A stretch of DNA of 61,223 nt, counting the filler. It is 7 parts of 7 records of this genome, joined end to end, with 100 filler letters (N's around TTAATTAATTAA, not from the genome) between each part and the next. Parts side by side here need not be neighbours in the genome. Positions count along the whole stretch, not along the records: positions 54,652 to 61,223 come from SRR31156797_53043; 6 more parts are not named here. One strand, 5' to 3'. Below the pieces are notes generated by a model. That model worked only from the letters and a program-made list of their open reading frames with translations, ran no database searches and was not told where the DNA came from. Each line of letters opens with the position of its first letter. Position 1 is the first letter of the stretch. The translations under genes and the position numbers were made by a program. Shown here in pieces: positions 59,695 to 61,223 of the stretch.

Positions 59695-60555
59695 CTACGC
59701 CGCCACCGCCACCCTCTCTGAACCGTCCGTAGTGGTTGCATGGCCTTCGCCCTCTGCCGTAACCGCTTCCAGTATCTCCGCCGCTGTCCGCTGAATCCTC
59801 TCCAGCGACTGCATCAGCGTCTTCGTGTCACCGTCATACAACTGAATATAGTCACTGCTCGCCGTATTCACATCCAGCCCAATACCCTGACACACGACAT
59901 ACGCCACGGCCTCTGCTTCAGCTTCTCTGACAGTCTTCTCCTCCGGTCGGTCGCTTGGGTCCTGGTGGAGGATTTCATGGCTCGCCTCATGGACCAAAAC
60001 CGAGAACTCCTCAGCCGGGGGAAGACTTGCCTTCAGCAGGATTGTCCCACCGGTCGATACGCCCTCAGCCATCGTCAGGCTTTCGCTACGTTCCAGCTTG
60101 ATGCCTCTGCCTGAGACGAACCGCTCCAACCTCTCCAGGTAAGCTCCAGGATTGCCTTGGGCTCTAGCGAATTCCGGCAACGGCTTTCCATCCGTCTGGC
60201 TAATGTCAAAAACGTAGGCGGTCTTGAAAATCGAGACTGTCTCCTCGTCCCCGTCGTCACTATCATCTCTAGCTGGCCGTGCTTTCCTGCGGTACACGAC
60301 CGGCGCCATGATCGCGACGCCGTGCTCGCCCTTCTTCACATAGCGGCCGAGTCTCTGCCACGCCCGAAAACCAGCTACATGCGTCGCTCCCGGTTTCTGC
60401 AACTGGATCAGAATAGCATTGCCAAGGCTGTAGCCATGGAACCTGGCCATCGCCTTCAAATACGCTGTCAAAGTGTCACTTTTGCCTGCTTCGACGTCTT
60501 TGACCAGTTGGTCAAATGCCTCTCGGGCAACCCTCCGCACTTCATCACGTTTCAT
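59695..60555 (-). CDS. ardC: ArdC-like antirestriction protein (ssDNA-binding domain plus zincin-like domain)
   Basis: FHGYSLGNAILI, VAGFRAWQRLGRYVKKGEHG, VFDISQTDG, HEASHE, EAEAEAVAY; SD GAGGTGG before ATG 60555. Confidence 0.82.
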   Translation of the reverse strand: MKRDEVRRVAREAFDQLVKDVEAGKSDTLTAYLKAMARFHGYSLGNAILIQLQKPGATHVAGFRAWQRLGRYVKKGEHGVAIMAPVVYRRKARPARDDSDDGDEETVSIFKTAYVFDISQTDGKPLPEFARAQGNPGAYLERLERFVSGRGIKLERSESLTMAEGVSTGGTILLKASLPPAEEFSVLVHEASHEILHQDPSDRPEEKTVREAEAEAVAYVVCQGIGLDVNTASSDYIQLYDGDTKTLMQSLERIQRTAAEILEAVTAEGEGHATTTDGSERVAVAA

Positions 60556-60565
60556 CGGTACCACC

Positions 60566-60697
60566 TCAAACCACATTCTCATACTCAGCCCGCAGGTCTG
60601 CCATCACGTCACCCTGTATATGGTCGCACCGGCTGCAATACCCGCCGATGAGTTCGCTCTCGAATTTAGCCTTCTTGCACAAAGCACATCTTTTCAT
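60566..60697 (-). CDS. 43-aa CxxC...CxxC zinc-finger microprotein upstream of ardC (not in ORF track)
   Basis: MKRCALCKKAKFESELIGGYCSRCDHIQGDVMADLRAEYENVV*; SD GAGGTG; its TGA overlaps the ardC SD. Confidence 0.7.
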   Translation of the reverse strand: MKRCALCKKAKFESELIGGYCSRCDHIQGDVMADLRAEYENVV

Positions 60698-60724
60698 TTT
60701 CATCACCTCTGGATCACCTCTTTA

Positions 60725-60761
60725 GGGCAACCTCAGCCTCAATATTGGGCTGGGGTTACCC
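60725..60761. promoter_or_regulatory. Imperfect inverted repeat upstream of the Zn-finger/ardC unit
   Basis: GGGCAACCTCAGCCTCAAT / ATTGGGCTGGGGTTACCC. Confidence 0.55.
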
Positions 60762-60939
60762 GACTAATCCCGCCGCCAGCTACTGTGACACATAGCCGTC
60801 TTTTACTGTGTGAAGGAAACCCAAAGCGGATAGCAATGAATCGTCCTGCATCAAAAGGTCTTGCGCATCTCGCAACGGTGTAAGTATGTCGGGGTGCTAG
60901 GAGATCATCTCCTACCCAAGCATTATCCCACGTTTTGCC

Positions 60940-61223
60940 TCACGCGTCTTCCCATCGAAGTCTGACGCCGACGGTCTCGCTGAGAACTGTCTGGAATTCC
61001 GCAAGCCGTCGCTTATCTTGACGAATTTGCCTTGGCGGCTCCTTTTCGCGAAGACAGAACGCCGCCAGGGCGCCAGCCGATTCTCCGATGTTCCACTCGA
61101 CCGGATGCAGGCGATAGCAGCCATTCGTCAAGTGTGTAACGCCGAGATTCTTGCATGCCGGCAGCAGGTTTTCTATGCGGCGTGGCAGAAGAGCGCCGAG
61201 TGGAATCTGAAACGGCATCGCCG
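60940..61223 (-). CDS. FAD-dependent oxidoreductase, C-terminal part
   Basis: PFQIPLGALLP, NLLPACKNLGVTHLTNGCYRLHPVEWNIGESAG. Confidence 0.82.
   Translation of the reverse strand, partial: AMPFQIPLGALLPRRIENLLPACKNLGVTHLTNGCYRLHPVEWNIGESAGALAAFCLREKEPPRQIRQDKRRLAEFQTVLSETVGVRLRWEDA

Overview
This window is not one locus. It is seven unrelated contigs joined by artificial 100-nt N/TTAATTAATTAA/N spacers (10627-10726, 22736-22835, 28257-28356, 35699-35798, 48371-48470, 54552-54651). A (1-10626): bacterial type II secretion cluster exeA-TPR-gspD-E-F-G plus a large clostripain (C11) peptidase flanked by REP-like hairpins. B (10727-22735): AT-rich methanogen, probably Methanosarcinaceae, with partial feoA and a DtxR-family regulator with candidate operators, purB, amtB-glnK, thrC, a missed 35-aa membrane protein, a PHP pseudogene and a repeat-rich ~420-nt intergenic unit that looks transcribed. 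C (22836-28256): Wadjet anti-plasmid system (jetB end, jetC, jetD) abutting a decayed RhuM-Fic gene. D (28357-35698): dhaK-dhaL plus a DhaM-HPr-full EI fusion, and a TPR lipoprotein bracketed by an exact 20-bp direct repeat. E (35799-48370): mixed genes including a DUF1287 and GH19 peptidoglycan hydrolase pair. F (48471-54551): purB, recD2, methyltransferase, AmmeMemoRadiSam radical SAM enzyme. G (54652-61223): Planctomycetes-like contig with an ardC antirestriction gene preceded by an unannotated 43-aa Zn-finger gene and a hairpin, plus a second hairpin-punctuated cluster of small genes. All family and taxon calls come from motif recognition by eye; no database search was run.
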